A DNA stretch of 64,000 nucleotides from Veleropilina oligotropha (lineage: Eukaryota): the NCBI GenBank assembly GCA_048128005.1, contig JBEUKZ010000036.1:434001-498000 (forward strand). Reading direction: 5' to 3'. A program made the position numbers and the translations under genes. The notes below the pieces were generated by a model, which saw only the letters and a program-made list of their open reading frames with translations, did not search any database and had not been told where the DNA came from. Below, one piece after another: positions 59,758-64,000 of this stretch (its first letter is position 1; every line of letters begins with the position of its first letter).

Positions 59758-62700
59758 TAACCCTCCATTACAAAATGAGGCGCATGTCGCAAGAGAACAA
59801 ATGACATTTCTGCGAAAAACGAGTGATGTCATGTTATCTGAGCTATTTTGGTATTTTTTGACAACTTGGTCAATGATAGTCAAACATTTGCAGAGTGTAC
59901 TTGATTCTCGTGAAAATTAAATAAAAATTGCATTATTTTATCTTTTATGCGAGTGCACCAATATCCTTTTGTTTTATTTACGGCTAGACTCTAACTAAAC
60001 AACCAGCATTTTCGATAATATGTAGTTTGGCCGTCGAGAAACTCTCCCTACATTATCGGGTATCAATAGGAAGATGGCATGCACTACTTTCCAAATATGG
60101 CACGTCTGACCGTGCAAATATTACATAAACCAATCGCAAATCGTTTTTAGTGAATGTGTTTGTTGAGAAAGCCATAGCAACGAGATCACGTGACAGGAAT
60201 CAGATGACGTGATTGGTGTAGGCTCACAAGTTTGTCGAACACTCGACGAGTAATAGTCTAGTTGCCGGCCCTATCTGGCCCTTACGTGACCCTGCAATAT
60301 TAACTACTGTAAACTTTTTTTGCGGAAATGTGTTATATATACTTAGGAGCGCCAAATTAGCTTGGTTGCTATTTTGCCAACGTTGAGCGTTTCTCAGAAT
60401 TCAAGATGGCGGCGGCCGCCATCTTGGATTTTGGCAAATCTTCAACTTTTGATCTCGATGACGTAGAGAGTCGTGTAATACCTCATTTTAGGGGTTTTCG
60501 AGGGCGGGGAGTCCATTTCTGGAGTTATGTTTTAGATACGGGATAAAATGTGACCATAATTCAGGAAAGTCACCTTTATTTATTCTATTTTCAGAGTGCG
60601 AAGAGCCGGCATGATCAGCATCCCAGTATCAGTCCTGCAGTACCCCAACCGTCGAAGTAATCATGTCTGATGAAGAGGAGAAGTGCCTCTTCAGTCCATG
60701 TAACGCCCAGGGGGCGCTACAAACATTCAAGACCGTGGCAGTGCAGAAGATCGTTGCTACGAGCAAGGCGAAACGCGATGATCTTTACACAACGCTGCCA
60801 GGAAGTGATATTCTGGCTCACAAATCATGTTATTGTACATATACATCGAAGAGTAGAAACACCATACAGGGAAAGAGAAAGGATACATGGACTCACATTG
60901 GTGTTTCTAAACGGTTGATGAAGTCTCAATGCTGTGACTTTATGTTCAAACGAGACTGTCTATTGTGTGGGTTTGAGTGTAAGCCGAAAGACAGTAAGAA
61001 CCCACACAGGTGGGTGGAGGTCAGCCAGTGTAAAACTGTGGACAGGGGTAGTTCTATCACGTTCAAGCAACAGTTGGAAAACATCTGTGATGAGAGACAA
61101 GACCAGTGGGCTAACGAAGTAGCGACTAGACTCAGTGGGGTCATTGATCTGCATGCTGCTGATGGACAATACCACGTTCACTGTTACAATCGTTTCCGTG
61201 TTGTTCCCGTAACCCACCCTTCCACCCTGTTGTCTATGGAAGATGCACTGAGGTCCGTCATTTCGACGATGGCTGAGAACGTAACAGAGACGTGGACGAC
61301 ATCGGAGCTGTACTCCATGTACATCGCTTCATCGGGCACAATGTCAAGAAGACAGTTCGTATCCAATGTAACGGCCCATTTTGGCGACGAGCTGCTCGTG
61401 CTTCACATCGAGGGCTGCGACAGCGTAGTTGGATTTAAACTCAGTCTTGGAAAGGTTATCAAAATTGTTAAGATAAGCCAGAGCAAGGGCGACGACGATG
61501 AGCTGGAGAAGCTGGTGAGAAAGATCCGGAGCGAAGTCATGGCGACACCTAGGCCCGGGGACTACAAACTCGACAGCACAAGTGCGACTCTTCTTAAACT
61601 AGTCTCCAGCCTCGTATCAGGAGGTGCCATCACCAAGCCATCACTGACTTTGGCTCAGTGCATTCAGCAGCACATTGGCGGTGCCAACAGGAACCAGACC
61701 ACGCTCGGGTTGGCTGTGAAATTACACCACAAACATGGCAGTTCAGAACTCATCAAGACTCTCAACGAGCACGGCATCACAAGCACATACGACGAAGTGC
61801 TTCGTTTTCGCAAGTCAGTGGCTAAGTTCGTGTCGGAAAACCAGTCAGATTACCACAGGAAACTTGGCTTGAGCATTGATATCGGCCCTATCTTCAGCTG
61901 GGCTGACAACTACGACTTGTACATCGCGAGCCCCAATGGGACAAAGGCCACTCACGCAATGGTCATGGAGTTAACCCAGCATCCTGCCGGCATCATCGAG
62001 ACAGGAAACATTGGTGTGATGCAGCTCACGATCCCTCGACTCAAGAAACACGACGCTTCCTCTCTGCTACTCACCCACCATGCTAAGCAGCTGGATCACT
62101 ATACGGGACCTTCCAAGCTGAACCCACCCCTGCTTCCGACGAAAGCCTTGTCCGCTGACGAGTCGCAGCTTCAGTTCGCTTCAATCAAGCACAGTCAGCA
62201 GCGAGACGCAGCCTGGCTGTCGCAAGTCCACGAGAACGACAAGCCGGTAGAGTGGGCAGGCTTCAATGCTCAGCAAGACCGACTTGTTTCATGCTTTGCC
62301 CAGAAGCCCAAGACACTGGTGGTGTTCGGACCGATGATTGATTCGCCACCAGCACACCCAGACACCGTTCTTACTACACTTGTGTATCTCGAGCGGACTC
62401 TCAAAACTTTTGGGATGGAGTATATTCACCTCTCAGTCGACCTTCAACTGTATCAGACTGCATGCCTAGTTCAATGGAATGACCCTCAGCGCTGGACCAG
62501 CCTCGTACTTCACCCAGGTATGATGCACACTCTCATGAGCTTCCTGGGTTGTATAGGTACACTGATGAAGGCATCTGGCATGGACGTACTCCTGAGTGCA
62601 GCGTTTGGTTGCATCACCAGCATCATCAATGGGAAGGCCTGGAACAACGCTCTACGTGCATACCGTCTCATTATCGCTGTATTGCTGCAGAGTTTCTACT

Positions 62701-64000
62701 CGAAAGGTGCCAAGACATACCAGGAGCTGAGCCACTACCTAGATACAGCCAGAGAGCACCCGACAGGTAAGCTATGGGTAGACTGCCTCGTCAAGCCTAC
62801 ACTGCTGGCACTCATGTTCCTGCGCGGAGAGCGAAACGGTGATTTTCTCCTTCAACAGCACTGCCTCAACGCGATGCTGCCGTATTTCTTCGCAGCGGGT
62901 CACCACAATTATGCTCGTTATCTCAGCTGGTATGTGCGTCAGATGGAACACCTTCCCCAGCGTGCTAAGGCGGACCTACTGGCAGGCGCGCACGTCTGTC
63001 GGCACTCGGACGGCGGGCCCGCAGTGCCAGCAGATCAGTTTGGTGAGCAGACGTATATCAAGCGAGGGAAAGGTGCTGGGGGTAAGAAGGGTATCTCAAC
63101 GAGTGCTGAACAAGTGGCTGTGTGGGTCAACAGTTTCAGTGTGTGCGCCCACCTCGATATTGCCATGGAAGATATGTACTGTGAAGCTGGGGACGAGGAG
63201 AAACCACATGGCAGAGCCAACGGGGAGGAGAAGCACAAGCACAAAGAGGGGGGAGAAGGAAGAAGGAAACTGGACGAGGCCGATAGGAGGAAGATCGCGA
63301 ATGAGCTGTCAAAATACACCCACCCCCTCAACGAGCGGTGCCCTGATCTTTACAACTTCTGCAATGGCCAAGTGGCACCAGATACAGTGAACGTTCAGAA
63401 TGCACTGGCCATCGGGATTGATCAGAGCAATCTGTTCTCTGCTTCGCTCAGCAGTGGTTTCCACACAGTCATAAAAAAGAAAGTAAAATCAATGGAGGCA
63501 CTCAAGAAGGCAGTCACTGTGAAGGGGAGAGCTATCTACGATATCGAGACGTTGTTTAGTCGGCTGTTGGTTGTGGGACAGCAGCGCAACATGAAGGTGG
63601 AAGACGTCTTGCAGTTCGAGATGAGTCCAGTCCCTCCAGCTCTGATCGACGAGTACGGCTGCTTGAGGAAGGGCGCCAAGGCTGTGCTCGTCAAGTGTCT
63701 CGGTGTATCTACTACGACTTCACCTGCACCAGACATGGTCCTGGTTGACGCCGGGCAGCTGATGTATCATGTGGTCTGGCCAGCCACTGGGACTGCGGGA
63801 GACCTGCCTGCAAGCTTCGGTGCTCGACTGGCCGACTACCCTCCCGACTCCAAGAAACTCGTGATTTTCGATCGCTACGACCAAGAATTTCCCACAGCAA
63901 AGGACCATGAACGAACAAGAAGGGGGAGAGCCAAGGAAGTCCGGCTGACCCCAAACACCTCCCTTCCATGTCGAGAAGCTATTCTACACAATGTTACAAA
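59758..64000 (+). mobile_element. Academ-like DNA transposon (left end; runs off window)
   Basis: Abrupt switch from host repeat to TAACCCTCCATTAC at 59758, followed by a long transposase-like ORF; right TIR not visible. Confidence 0.7.
60663..64000 (+). CDS. Academ-like transposase (>1110 codons, 3' end outside window)
   Basis: ATG 60663 MSDEEEKC; motifs FKRDCLLCG, DLHAADGQYH..C, WADNYD, VDLQLY, HPGMMHTLMSFLGCIG, GHHNYARY, DQFGEQ, LVDAG, IFDRY, KDHERTRR; frame spot-checked at 60942, 62520 and 63900. Confidence 0.8.
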   Translation, partial: MSDEEEKCLFSPCNAQGALQTFKTVAVQKIVATSKAKRDDLYTTLPGSDILAHKSCYCTYTSKSRNTIQGKRKDTWTHIGVSKRLMKSQCCDFMFKRDCLLCGFECKPKDSKNPHRWVEVSQCKTVDRGSSITFKQQLENICDERQDQWANEVATRLSGVIDLHAADGQYHVHCYNRFRVVPVTHPSTLLSMEDALRSVISTMAENVTETWTTSELYSMYIASSGTMSRRQFVSNVTAHFGDELLVLHIEGCDSVVGFKLSLGKVIKIVKISQSKGDDDELEKLVRKIRSEVMATPRPGDYKLDSTSATLLKLVSSLVSGGAITKPSLTLAQCIQQHIGGANRNQTTLGLAVKLHHKHGSSELIKTLNEHGITSTYDEVLRFRKSVAKFVSENQSDYHRKLGLSIDIGPIFSWADNYDLYIASPNGTKATHAMVMELTQHPAGIIETGNIGVMQLTIPRLKKHDASSLLLTHHAKQLDHYTGPSKLNPPLLPTKALSADESQLQFASIKHSQQRDAAWLSQVHENDKPVEWAGFNAQQDRLVSCFAQKPKTLVVFGPMIDSPPAHPDTVLTTLVYLERTLKTFGMEYIHLSVDLQLYQTACLVQWNDPQRWTSLVLHPGMMHTLMSFLGCIGTLMKASGMDVLLSAAFGCITSIINGKAWNNALRAYRLIIAVLLQSFYSKGAKTYQELSHYLDTAREHPTGKLWVDCLVKPTLLALMFLRGERNGDFLLQQHCLNAMLPYFFAAGHHNYARYLSWYVRQMEHLPQRAKADLLAGAHVCRHSDGGPAVPADQFGEQTYIKRGKGAGGKKGISTSAEQVAVWVNSFSVCAHLDIAMEDMYCEAGDEEKPHGRANGEEKHKHKEGGEGRRKLDEADRRKIANELSKYTHPLNERCPDLYNFCNGQVAPDTVNVQNALAIGIDQSNLFSASLSSGFHTVIKKKVKSMEALKKAVTVKGRAIYDIETLFSRLLVVGQQRNMKVEDVLQFEMSPVPPALIDEYGCLRKGAKAVLVKCLGVSTTTSPAPDMVLVDAGQLMYHVVWPATGTAGDLPASFGARLADYPPDSKKLVIFDRYDQEFPTAKDHERTRRGRAKEVRLTPNTSLPCREAILHNVT

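Overview
This is a repeat-rich animal genomic window with spliceosomal GT-AG introns; the repeat content suggests a marine invertebrate such as a mollusc (inference). The host gene is AASS (bifunctional lysine-ketoglutarate reductase/saccharopine dehydrogenase) on the minus strand. Ten phase-consistent coding exons between 24788 and 2285 encode about 475 aa (transit peptide plus LKR domain), and the gene continues past position 1. Its introns hold an apparently intact DIRS1-type tyrosine-recombinase retrotransposon (10421-17883), the 5' part of a second, decayed DIRS copy (1-1574), nested MITEs, and two minisatellites built from exon-end plus splice-donor units. Upstream (29-64 kb) is a head-to-tail series of Helentron/HINE-like composite repeats carrying several insertions: a decayed Tc1, a palindromic Penelope fragment with two hammerhead motifs, CR1-like LINEs, a young non-coding LTR element, a related solo LTR, and an Academ-like transposon whose >1100-codon ORF is absent from the ORF track. 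The most novel-looking signals are (i) an intron with covarying hairpins conserved in the DIRS 5' leader, (ii) DIRS pol and YR frames that lack a nearby AUG and each follow a single UAG-G stop, and (iii) the tandem amplification of AASS splice donors. All alignments and counts were made by eye.
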